A stretch of 64,000 nt of DNA from NCBI GenBank assembly GCA_043228905.1, contig JBHGNT010000043.1, positions 1-64,000 of the forward strand, written 5' to 3'. This DNA is from Azolla caroliniana (Eukaryota > Plantae > Polypodiophyta). Of the stretch, positions 39,343 through 52,457 are shown piece by piece. Numbering within the stretch: position 1 is the first letter of the stretch; each line of letters begins with the position of its first letter. The position numbers and the translations under genes were made by a program. The notes beneath the pieces are model-generated. The model searched no databases. It was not told the origin of the DNA and worked only from the letters and a program-made list of their open reading frames with translations.

Positions 39343-42300
39343 AAATTTGGTAATTTCTTCATGTCTCTCGACCTGAGTTTCAAAATCTTGATTTTTTTAT
39401 TCTATATCATAGCTAGCGTTGTTAGCTTCGATTTGCATGTTTGAACACAAAAATCCGATATCACACGAGCCACGTATGAACATTTTAATTTACTCACGCG
39501 CTCTTCTCAACTCCCTCCTCAAATTTTCTAATTTCGTCATGTCTCTCTACCTGAGTTTCAAAATTTTGATTTTTTAATTCGATATCATAGCTAGCGTTGT
39601 TAGTTTCGATTTGCATGTTTGAACACAAAAATCCGATATCACACGAGCCACGTATGAAAATTTTAATTTACTCACGCGCTCTTCTCAACTCCCTCCTCAA
39701 ATTTGCTAATTTCGTCATGTCTCTCGACCTGAGTTTCAAAATCTTGATTTTTTAATTCCATATCATAGGTAGCGTTGTCAGTTTCGATTCGGATGTTTGA
39801 ACACGAAAATCCGATATCACACGAGCCACGTATGAACATTTTAATTTAGCTACTAGCTCTTCTCAACCACCTCCTCAAATTTGGTAATTTCGTCATGTCT
39901 CTCGACCTGAGTTTCAAAATCTTGATTTTTTAAATCCATATCATAGCTAGCGTTGTTAGCTTCGATTCGGAGGTTTGAACACTAAAATCCGATATCACAC
40001 GAGCCACATATGAACATTTTAATTTACTCACGCGCTCTTCTCAACCACCTCCTCAAATTTGGTAATTTCGTCATGTCTCTCGACTTGAGTTTCAAAATCT
40101 TGATTTTTTAATTTCATATCATAGGTAGCGTTGTTAGTTTCGATTCGCATGTTTGAACACAAAAATCCGATATCACACGAGCCAGGTATCAACATTTTAA
40201 TTTAGCTACTAGCTCTTCTCAACCACCTCCTCAAATTTGGTAATTTCGTCATGTCTCTCGACCTGAGTTTCAAAATCTTGATTTTTTAATTCCATATCAT
40301 AGGTAGCGTTGTCAGGTTCGATTCGGATGTTTGAACACGAAAATCCGATATCACACGAGCCACGTATGAACATTTTAATTTAGCTACTAGCTCTTCTCAA
40401 CCACCTCCTCAAATTTGGTAATTTCGTCATGTCTCTCGACCTGAGTTTCAAAATCTTGATTTTTTAAATCCATATCATAGCTAGCGTTGTTAGCTTCGAT
40501 TCGGAGGTTTGAACACTAAAATCCGATATCACACGAGCCACATATGAACATTTTAATTTACTCACGCGCTCTTCTCAACCACCTCCTCAAATTTGGTAAT
40601 TTCGTCATGTCTCTCGACCTGAGTTTCAAAATCTTTATTTTTTAATTCCATATCATAGGTAGCGTTGTTAGTTTCGATTCGCATGTTTGAACACAAATAT
40701 CCGATATCACAGGAGCGAGGTATCAACATTTTAATTTAGCTACTAGCTCTTCTCAACCACCTCCTCAAATTTGGTAATTTCGTCATGTCTCTCGACCTGA
40801 GTTTCAAAATCTTGATTTTCTAAATCCATATCATAGCTAGCGTTGTTAGCTTCGATTCGGAGTTTGAACACTAAAATCCGACATCACTCGAGCCACATAT
40901 GAACATTTTAATTTACTCACGCGCTCTTCTCAACCACCTCCTCAAATTTGGTAATTTCGTCATGTCTCTCGACCTGAGTTTCAAAATCTTGATTTTTTAA
41001 TTCCATATCATAGCTAGCGTTGTTAGTTTCGATTTGCATGTTTGAACACAAAAATCCGATATCACACGAGCCACGTATGAACATTTTAATTTACTCACGC
41101 GCTCTTCTCAACCACCTCCTCAAATTTGGTAATTTCGTCATGTCTCTCGACCTGAGTTTCAAATTCTTGATTTTTTAAATCAATATCATAGCTAGCGTTG
41201 TTAGCTTCGATTCGGAGGTTTGAACACTAAAATCCGACATCACTCGAGCCACATATGAACATTTTAATTTACTCACGCGCTCTTCTCAACCACCTCCTCA
41301 AATTTGGTAATTTCGTCATGTCTCTCGACCTGAGTTTCAAAATCTTGATTTTTTAATTCCATATCATAGCTAGCGTTGTTAGTTTCGATTTGCATGTTTG
41401 AACACAAAAATCCGATATCACACGAGCCACGTATCAACATTTTAATTTACTCACGCGCTCTTCTCAACCACCTCCTCAAATTTGGTAATTTTGTCATGTC
41501 TCTCGACCTGAGTTTCAAATTCTTGATTTTTTAAATCAATATCATAGCTAGCGTTGTTAGCTTCGATTCGGAGGTTTGAACACTAAAATCCGATATCACA
41601 CGAGCCACATATGAACATTTTAATTTACTCACGCGCTCTTGTCAACCACCTCCTCAAATTTGGTAATTTCTTCATGTCTCTCGACCTGAGTTTCAAAATC
41701 TTGATTTTTTAATTCTATATCATAGCTAGCGTTGTTAGCTTCGATTCGCATGTTTGAACACAAAAATCCGATATCACACGAGCCACGTATGAACATTTTA
41801 ATTTACTCACGCGCTCTTCTCAACTCCCTCCTCAAATTTGCTAATTTCGTCATGTCTCTCGACCTGAGTTTCAAAATTTTGATTTTTTAATTCGATATCA
41901 TAGCTAGCGTTGTTAGTTTCGATTTGCATGTTTGAACACAGAAATCCGATATCACACGAGCCACGTATGAAAATTTTAATTTACTCACGCGCTCTTCTCA
42001 ACTCCCTCCTCAAATTTGCTAATTTCGTCATGTCTCTCGACCTGAGTTTCAAAATCTTGATTTTTTAATTCCATATCATAGGTAGCGTTGTCAGTTTCGA
42101 TTCGGATGTTTGAACACGAAAATCCGATATCACACGAGCCACGTATGAACATTTTAATTTAGCTACTAGCTCTTCTCGACCACCTCCTCAAATTTGGTAA
42201 TTTCGTCATGTCTCTCGACCTGAGTTTCAAAATCTTGATTTTTTAAATCCATATCATAGCTAGCGTTGTTAGCTTCGATTCGGAGGTTTGAACACTAAAA

Positions 42301-45300
42301 TCCGACATCACACGAGCCACATATGAACATTTTAATTTACTCACCCGCTCTTCTCAACCACCTCCTCAAATTTGGTAATTTCGTCATGTCTCTCGACCTG
42401 AGTTTCAAAATCTTGATTTTTTAATTCCATATCATAGGTAGCGTTGTTAGTTTCGATTCGCATGTTTGAACACAAAAATCCGATATCACACGAGCCACTT
42501 ATGAACATTTTAATTTAGCTACTAGCTCTTCTCAACCACCTCCTCAAATTTGGTAATTTCTTCATGTCTCTCGACCTGAGTTTCAAAATCTTGATTTTTT
42601 TATTCTATATCATAGCTAGCGTTGTTAGCTTCGATTTGCATGTTTGAACACAAAAATCCGATATCACACGAGCCACGTATGAACATTTTAATTTACTCAC
42701 GCGCTCTTCTCAACTCCCTCCTCAAATTTTCTAATTTCGTCATGTCTCTCTACCTGAGTTTCAAAATTTTGATTTTTTAATTCGATATCATAGCTAGCGT
42801 TGTTAGTTTCGATTTGCATGTTTGAACACAAAAATCCGATATCACACGAGCCACGTATGAAAATTTTAATTTACTCACGCGCTCTTCTCAACTCCCTCCT
42901 CAAATTTGCTAATTTCGTCATGTCTCTCGACCTGAGTTTCAAAATCTTGATTTTTTAATTCCATATCATAGGTAGCGTTGTCAGTTTCGATTCGGATGTT
43001 TGAACACGAAAATCCGATATCACACGAGCCACGTATGAACATTTTAATTTAGCTACTAGCTCTTCTCAACCACCTCCTCAAATTTGGTAATTTCGTCATG
43101 TCTCTCGACCTGAGTTTCAAAATCTTGAATTTTTAAATCCATATCATAGCTAGCGTTGTTAGCTTCGATTCGGAGGTTTGAACACTAAAATCCGATATCA
43201 CACGAGCCACATATGAACATTTTAATTTACTCACGCGCTCTTCTCAACCACCTCCTCAAATTTGGTAATTTCGTCATGTCTCTCGACCTGAGTTTCAAAA
43301 TCTTGATTTTTTAATTTCATATCATAGGTAGCGTTGTTAGTTTCGATTCGCATGTTTGAACACAAAAATCCGATATCACACGAGCCAGGTATCAACATTT
43401 TAATTTAGCTACTAGCTCTTCTCAACCACCTCCTCAAATTTGGTAATTTCGTCATGTCTCTCGACCTGAGTTTCAAAATCTTGATTTTTTAATTCCATAT
43501 CATAGGTAGCGTTGTCAGGTTCGATTCGGATGTTTGAACACGAAAATCCGATATCACACGAGCCACGTATGAACATTTTAATTTAGCTACTAGCTCTTCT
43601 CAACCACCTCCTCAAATTTGGTAATTTCGTCATGTCTCTCGACCTGAGTTTCAAAATCTTGATTTTTTAAATCCATATCATAGCTAGCGTTGTTAGCTTC
43701 GATTCGGAGGTTTGAACACTAAAATCCGATATCACACGAGCCACATATGAACATTTTAATTTACTCACGCGCTCTTCTCAACCACCTCCTCAAATTTGGT
43801 AATTTCGTCATGTCTCTCGACCTGAGTTTCAAAATCTTTATTTTTTAATTCCATATCATAGGTAGCGTTGTTAGTTTCGATTCGCATGTTTGAACACAAA
43901 TATCCGATATCACAGGAGCGAGGTATCAACATTTTAATTTAGCTACTAGCTCTTCTCAACCACCTCCTCAAATTTGGTAATTTCGTCATGTCTCTCGACC
44001 TGAGTTTCAAAATCTTGATTTTCTAAATCCATATCATAGCTAGCGTTGTTAGCTTCGATTCGGAGTTTGAACACTAAAATCCGACATCACTCGAGCCACA
44101 TATGAACATTTTAATTTACTCACGCGCTCTTCTCAACCACCTCCTCAAATTTGGTAATTTCGTCATGTCTCTCGACCTGAGTTTCAAAATCTTGATTTTT
44201 TAATTCCATATCATAGCTAGCGTTGTTAGTTTCGATTTGCATGTTTGAACACAAAAATCCGATATCACACGAGCCACGTATGAACATTTTAATTTACTCA
44301 CGCGCTCTTCTCAACCACCTCCTCAAATTTGGTAATTTCGTCATGTCTCTCGACCTGAGTTTCAAATTCTTGATTTTTTAAATCAATATCATAGCTAGCG
44401 TTGTTAGCTTCGATTCGGAGGTTTGAACACTAAAATCCGATATCACACGAGCCACATATGAACATTTTAATTTACTCACGCGCTCTTGTCAACCACCTCC
44501 TCAAATTTGGTAATTTCTTCATGTCTCTCGACCTGAGTTTCAAAATCTTGATTTTTTAATTCTATATCATAGCTAGCGTTGTTAGCTTCGATTCGCATGT
44601 TTGAACACAAAAATCCGATATCACACGAGCCACGTATGAACATTTTAATTTACTCACGCGCTCTTCTCAACTCCCTCCTCAAATTTGCTAATTTCGTCAT
44701 GTCTCTCTACCTGAGTTTCAAAATTTTGATTCGGAGTTTCGATTCGGATGTTTGAACACGAAAATCCGATATCACACGAGCCACGTATGAACATTTTAAT
44801 TTAGCTACTAGCTCTTCTCGACCACCTCCTCAAATTTGGTAATTTCGTCATGTCTCTCGACCTGAGTTTCAAAATCTTGATTTTTTAAATCCATATCATA
44901 GCTAGCGTTGTTAGCTTCGATTCGGAGGTTTGAACACTAAAATCCGATATCACACGAGCCACATATGAACATTTTAATTTACTCACACGCTCTTCTCAAC
45001 CACCTCCTCAAATTTGGTAATTTCGTCATGTCTCTCGACCTGAGTTTCAAAATCTTGATTTTTTAATTCCATATCATAGGTAGCGTTGTTAGCTTCGATT
45101 CGGAGGTTTGAACACTAAAATCCGATATCACACGAGCCACATATGAACATTTTAATTTACTCACGCGCTCTTCTCAACCACCTCCTCAAATTTGGTAATT
45201 TCGTCATGTCTCTCGACCTGAGTTTCACAATCTTGATTTTTTAATTCCATATCATAGCTAGCGTTGTTAGTTTCGATTTGCTTGTTTGAACACAAAAATC

Positions 45301-48300
45301 CGATATCACACGAGCCACGTATGAACATTTTAATTTAGCTACTAGCTCTTCTCAACCACCTCCTCAAATTTGGTAATTTCTTCATGTCTCTTGACCTGAG
45401 TTTCAAAATCTTGATTTTTTAATTCGATATCATAGCTAGCGTTGTTAGTTTCGATTTGCATGTTTGAACACAAAAATCCGATATCACACGAGCCACGTAT
45501 GAAAATTTTAATTTACTCACGCGCTCTTCTTAACTCCCTCCTCAAATTTGCTAATTTCGTCATGTCTCTCGACCTGAGTTTCAAAATCTTGATTTTTTAA
45601 TTCCATATCATAGGTAGCGTTGTCAGTTTCGTTTCGGATGTTTGAACACGAAAATCCGATATCACACGAGCCACGTATGAACATTTTAATTTAGCTACTA
45701 GCTCTTCTCAACCACCTCCTCAAATTTGGTAATTTCGTCATGTCTCTCGACCTGAGTTTCAAAATCTTGATTTTTTAAATCCATATCATAGCTAGCGTTG
45801 TTAGCTTCGATTCGGAGGTTTGAACACTAAAATCCGATATCACACGAGCCACATATGAACATTTTAATTTACTCACGCGCTCTTCTCAACCACCTCCTCA
45901 AATTTGGTAATTTCGTCATGTCTCTCGACCTGAGTTTCAAAATCTTGATTTTTTAATTCCATATCATAGGTAGCGTTGTTAGTTTCGATTCGCATGTTTG
46001 AACACAAAAATCCGATATCACACGAGCCAGGTATCAACATTTTAATTTAGCTACTAGCTCTTCTCAACCACCTCCTCAAATTTGGTAATTTCGTCATGTC
46101 TCTCGACCTGAGTTTCAAAATCTTGATTTTTTAATTCCATATCATAGGTAGCGTTGTCAGGTTCGATTCGGATGTTTGAACACGAAAATCCGATATCACA
46201 CGAGCCACGTATGAACATTTTAATTTAGCTACTAGCTCTTCTCAACCACCTCCTCAAATTTGGTAATTTCGTCATGTCTCTCGACCTGAGTTTCAAAATC
46301 TTGATTTTTTAAATCCATTTCATAGCTAGCGTTGTTAGCTTCGATTCGGAGGTTTGAACACTAAAATCCGATATCACACGAGCCACATATGAACATTTTA
46401 ATTTACTCACGCGCTCTTCTCAACCACCTCCTCAAATTTGGTAATTTCGTCATGTCTCTCGACCTGAGTTTCAAAATCTTTATTTTTTAATTCCATATCA
46501 TAGGTAGCGTTGTCAGGTTCGATTCGGATGTTTGAACACGAAAATCCGATATCACACGAGCCACGTATGAACATTTTAATTTAGCTACTAGCTCTTCTCA
46601 ACCACCTCCTCAAATTTGGTAATTTCGTCATGTCTCTCGACCTGAGTTTCAAAATCTTGATTTTTTAAATCCATATCATAGCTAGCGTTGTTAGCTTCGA
46701 TTCGGACGTTTGAACACTAAAATCCGAAATCACACGAGCCACATATGAACATTTTAATTTACTCACGCGCTCTTCTCAACCACCTCCTCAAATTTGGTAA
46801 TTTCGTCATGTCTCTCGACCTGAGTTTCAAAATCTTGATTTTTTAATTCCATATCATAGGTAGCGTTGTTAGTTTCGATTCGCATGTTTGAACACAAAAA
46901 TCCGATATCACACGAGCCAGGTATCAACATTTTAATTTAGCTACTAGCTCTTCTCAACCACCTCCTCAAATTTGGTAATTTCGTCATGTCTCTCGACCTG
47001 AGTTTCAAAATCTTGATTTTTTAATTCCATATCATAGGTAGCGTTGTCAGGTTCGATTCGGATGTTTGAACACGAAAATCCGATATCACACGAGCCACGT
47101 ATGAACATTTTAATTTAGCTACTAGCTCTTCTCAACCACCTCCTCAAATTTGGTAATTTCGTCATGTCTCTCGACCTGAGTTTCAAAATCTTGATTTTTT
47201 AAATCCATTTCATAGCTAGCGTTGTTAGCTTCGATTCGGAGGTTTGAACACTAAAATCCGATATCACACGAGCCACATATGAACATTTTAATTTACTCAC
47301 GCGCTCTTCTCAACCACCTCCTCAAATTTGGTAATTTCGTCATGTCTCTCGACCTGAGTTTCAAAATCTTTATTTTTTAATTCCATATCATAGGTAGCGT
47401 TGTTAGTTTCGATTCGCATGTTTGAACACAAATATCCGATATCACACGAGCGAGGTATCAACATTTTAATTTAGCTACTAGCTCTTCTCAACCACCTCCT
47501 CAAATTTGGTAATTTCGTCATGTCTCTCGACCTGAATTTCAAAATCTTGATTTTCTAAATCCATATCATAGCTAGCGTTGTTAGCTTCGATTCGGAGTTT
47601 GAACACTAAAATCCGACATCACACGAGCCACATATGAACATTTTAATTTACTCACGCGCTCTTCTCAACCACCTCCTCAAATTTGCTAATTTCGTCATGT
47701 CTCTCGACCTGAGTTTCAAAATCTTGATTTTTTAATTCCATATCATAGCTAGCGTTGTTAGTTTCGATTTGCATGTTTGAACACAAAAATCCGATATCAC
47801 ACGAGCCACGTATGAACATTTTAATTTACTCACGCGCTCTTCTCAACCACCTCCTCAAATTTGGTAATTTCGTCATGTCTCTCGACCTGAGTTTCAAAAT
47901 CTTGATTTTTTAATTCTATATAATAGCTAGCGTTGTTAGCTTCGATTCGGAGGTTTGAACACTAAAATCCAATATCACACGAGCCACATATGAACATTTT
48001 AATTTACTCACGCGCTCTTCTCAACCACCTCCTCAAATTTGGTAATTTCGTCATGTCTCTCGACCTGAGTTTCACAATCTTTATTTTTTAATTCCTTATC
48101 ATAGGTAGCGTTGTTAGTTTCGATTCGCATGTTTGAACACAAATATCCGATATCACAGGAGCGAGGTATCAACATTTTAATTTAGCTACTAGCTCTTCTC
48201 AACCACCTCCTCAAATTTGGTAATTTCGTCATGTCTCTCGACCCTAGTTTCAAAATCTTGATTTTTTAATTCTATATCATAGCTAGCGTTGTTAGCTTCT

Positions 48301-48390
48301 ATTCGGAGGTTTGAACACTAAAATCCGATATGACACGAGCCACATATGAACATTTTAATTTACTCACGCGCTCTTCTCAACCACCTCCTC

Positions 48391-51238
48391 AAATTTGGTA
48401 ATTTCGTCATGTCTCTCGACCTGAGTTTCAAAATCTTGATTTTTTAATTCCATATCATAGGTAGCGTTGTTAGTTTCGATTCGCATGTTTGAACACAAAA
48501 ATCCGATATCACACGAGCCAGGTATCAACATTTTAATTTAGCTACTAGCTCTTCTCAACCACCTCCTCAAATTTGGTAATTTCGTCATGTCTCTCGACCT
48601 GAGTTTCAAAATCTTGATTTTTTAATTCCATATCATAGGTAGCGTTGTCAGGTTCGATTCGGATGTTTGAACACGAAAATCCGATATCACACGAGCCACG
48701 TATGAACATTTTAATTTAGCTACTAGCTCTTCTCAACCACCTCCTCAAATTTGGTAATTTCGTCATGTCTCTCGACCTGAGTTTCAAAATCTTGATTTTT
48801 TAAATCCATATCATAGCTAGCGTTGTTAGCTTCGATTCGGACGTTTGAACACTAAAATCCGAAATCACACGAGCCACATATGAACATTTTAATTTACTCA
48901 CGCGCTCTTCTCAACCACCTCCTAAAATTTGGTAATTTCGTCATGTCTCTCGACCTGAGTTTCACAATCTTTATTTTTTAATTCCTTATCATAGGTAGCG
49001 TTGTTAGTTTCGATTCGCATGTTTGAACACAAATATCCGATATCACACGAGCGAGGTATCAACATTTTAATTTAGCTACTAGCTCTTCTCAACCACCTCC
49101 TCAAATTTGGTAATTTCGTCATGTCTCTCGACCTGAGTTTCACAATCTTTATTTTTTAATTCCATATCATAGGTAGCGTTGTCAGGTTCGATTCGGATGT
49201 TTGAACACGAAAATCCGATATCACACGAGCCACGTATGAACATTTTAATTTAGCTACTAGCTCTTCTCAACCACCTCCTCAAATTTGGTAATTTCGTCAT
49301 GTCTCTCGACCTGAGTTTCAAAATCTTGATTTTTTAAATCCATATCATAGCTAGCGTTGTTAGCTTCGATTCGGAGGTTTGAACACTAAAATCCGATATC
49401 ACACGAGCCACATATGAACATTTTAATTTACTCACGCGCTCTTCTCAACCACCTCCTCAAATTTGGTAATTTCGTCATGTCTCTCGACCTGAGTTTCAAA
49501 ATCTTGATTTTTTAATTCCATATCATAGGTAGCGTTGTTAGTTTCGATTCGCATGTTTGAACACAAAAATCCGATATCACACGAGCCAGGTATCAACATT
49601 TTAATTTAGCTACTAGCTCTTCTCAACCACCTCCTCAAATTTGGTAATTTCGTCATGTCTCTCGACCTGAGTTTCAAAATCTTGATTTTTTAATTCCATA
49701 TCATAGGTAGCGTTGTCAGGTTCGATTCGGATGTTTGAACACGAAAATCCGATATCACACGAGCCACGTATGAACATTTTAATTTAGCTACTAGCTCTTC
49801 TCAACCACCTCCTCAAATTTGGTAATTTCGTCATGTCTCTCGACCTGAGTTTCAAAATCTTGATTTTTTAAATCCATATCATAGCTAGCGTTGTTAGCTT
49901 CGATTCGGACGTTTGAACACTAAAATCCGAAATCACACGAGCCACATATGAACATTTTAATTTACTCACGCGCTCTTCTCAACCACCTCCTAAAATTTGG
50001 TAATTTCGTCATGTCTCTCGACCTGAGTTTCACAATCTTTATTTTTTAATTCCTTATCATAGGTAGCGTTGTTAGTTTCGATTCGCATGTTTGAACACAA
50101 ATATCCGATATCACACGAGCGAGGTATCAACATTTTAATTTAGCTACTAGCTCTTCTCAACCACCTCCTCAAATTTGGTAATTTCGTCATGTCTCTCGAC
50201 CTGAGTTTCACAATCTTTATTTTTTAATTCCATATCATAGGTAGCGTTGTCAGGTTCGATTCGGATGTTTGAACACGAAAATCCGATATCACACGAGCCA
50301 CGTATGAACATTTTAATTTAGCTACTAGCTCTTCTCAACCACCTCCTCAAATTTGGTAATTTCGTCATGTCTCTCGACCTGAGTTTCAAAATCTTGATTT
50401 TTTAAATCCATATCATAGCTAGCGTTGTTAGCTTCGATTCGGAGGTTTGAACACTAAAATCCGATATCACACGAGCCACATATGAACATTTTAATTTACT
50501 CACGCGCTCTTCTCAACCACCTCCTCAAATTTGGTAATTTCGTCATGTCTCTCGACCTGAGTTTCAAAATCTTGATTTTTTAATTCCATATCATAGGTAG
50601 CGTTGTTAGTTTCGATTCGCATGTTTGAACACAAAAATCCGATATCACACGAGCCAGGTATCAACATTTTAATTTAGCTACTAGCTCTTCTCAACCACCT
50701 CCTCAAATTTGGTAATTTCGTCATGTCTCTCGACCTGAGTTTCAAAATCTTGATTTTTTAATTCCATATCATAGGTAGCGTTGTCAGGTTCGATTCGGAT
50801 GTTTGAACACGAAAATCCGATATCACACGAGCCACGTATGAACATTTTAATTTAGCTACTAGCTCTTCTCAACCACCTCCTCAAATTTGGTAATTTCGTC
50901 ATGTCTCTCGACCTGAGTTTCAAAATCTTGATTTTTTAAATCCATATCATAGCTAGCGTTGTTAGCTTCGATTCGGAGGTTTGAACACTAAAATCCGATA
51001 TCACACGAGCCACATATGAACATTTTAATTTACTCACGCGCTCTTCTTAACCACCTCCTCAAATTTGGTAATTTCGTCATGTCTCTCGACCTGAGTTTCA
51101 CAATCTTTATTTTTTAATTCCTTATCATAGGTAGCGTTGTTAGTTTCGATTCGCATGTTTGAACACAAATATCCGATATCACACGAGCGAGGTATCAACA
51201 TTTTAATTTAGCTACTAGCTCTTCTCAACCACCTCCTC
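48391..51238. repeat. Nested HOR: 3-mer (534 bp) inside 6-mer (1068 bp)
   Basis: gtcaggttcgattcggatg recurs every 534 bp (about 48649, 49183, 49717, 50251, 50785). The markers cggacgttt, ccgaaatc and cctaaaattt recur only at 1068 bp (about 48923 and 49991). Confidence 0.87.
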
Positions 51239-52457
51239 AAATTTGGTAATTTCGTCATGTCTCTCGACCTGAGTTTCAAAATCTTGATTTTTTAATTCTA
51301 TATCATAGCTAGCGTTGTTAGCTTCTATTCGGAGGTTTGAACACTAAAATCCGATATGACACGAGCCACATATGAACATTTTAATTTACTCACGCGCTCT
51401 TCTCAACCACCTCCTCAAATTTAGTAATTTCGTCATGTCTCTCGACCTGAGTTTCAAAATCTTGATTTTCTAATTCTATATCATAGCTAGCGTTGTTAGC
51501 TTCGATTCGGAGGTTTGAACACTAAAATCCGATATCACACGAGCCACATATGAACATTTTAATTTACTCACGCGCTCTTCTCAACCACCTCCTCAAATTT
51601 GGTAATTTCGTCATGTCTCTCGACCTGAGTTTCACAATCTTGATTTTTTAATTCCATATCATAGCTAGCGTTGTTAGTTTCGATTTGCTTGTTTGAACAC
51701 AAAAATCCGATATCACACGAGCCACGTATGAACATTTTAATTTAGCTACTAGCTCTTCTCAACCACCTCCTCAAATTTGGTAATTTCTTCATGTCTCTTG
51801 ACCTGAGTTTCAAAATCTTGGTTTTTTAATTCTATATCATAGCTAGCGTTGTTAGCTTCGATTCGCATGTTTGAACACAAAAATCCGATATCACACGAGC
51901 CACGTATGAACATTTTAATTTACTCACGCGCTCTTCTCAACTCCCTTCTCAAATTTACTAATTTCGTCATGTATCTCTACCTGAGTTTCAAAATCTTGAT
52001 TTTTTAATTCCATATCATAGCTAGCGTTGTTAGTTTCGATTTGCTTGTTTGAACACAAAAATCCGATATCACACGAGCCACGTATGAACATTTTAATTTA
52101 GCTACTAGCTCTTCTCAACCACCTCCTCAAATTTGGTAATTTCGTCATGTCTCTCGACCTGAGTTTCAAAATCTTGATTTTTTAAATCCATATCATAGCT
52201 AGCGTTGTTAGCTTCGATTCGGAGGTTTGAACACTAAAATCCGATATGACACGAGCCACATATGAACATTTTAATTTACTCACGCGCTCTTCTCAACCAC
52301 CTCCTCAAATTTGGTAATTTCGTCATGTCTCTCGACCTGAGTTTCAAAATCTTGGTTTTTTAATTCTATATCATAGCTAGCGTTGTTAGCTTCGATTCGC
52401 ATGTTTGAACACAAAAATCCGATATCACACGAGCCACGTATGAACATTTTAATTTAC

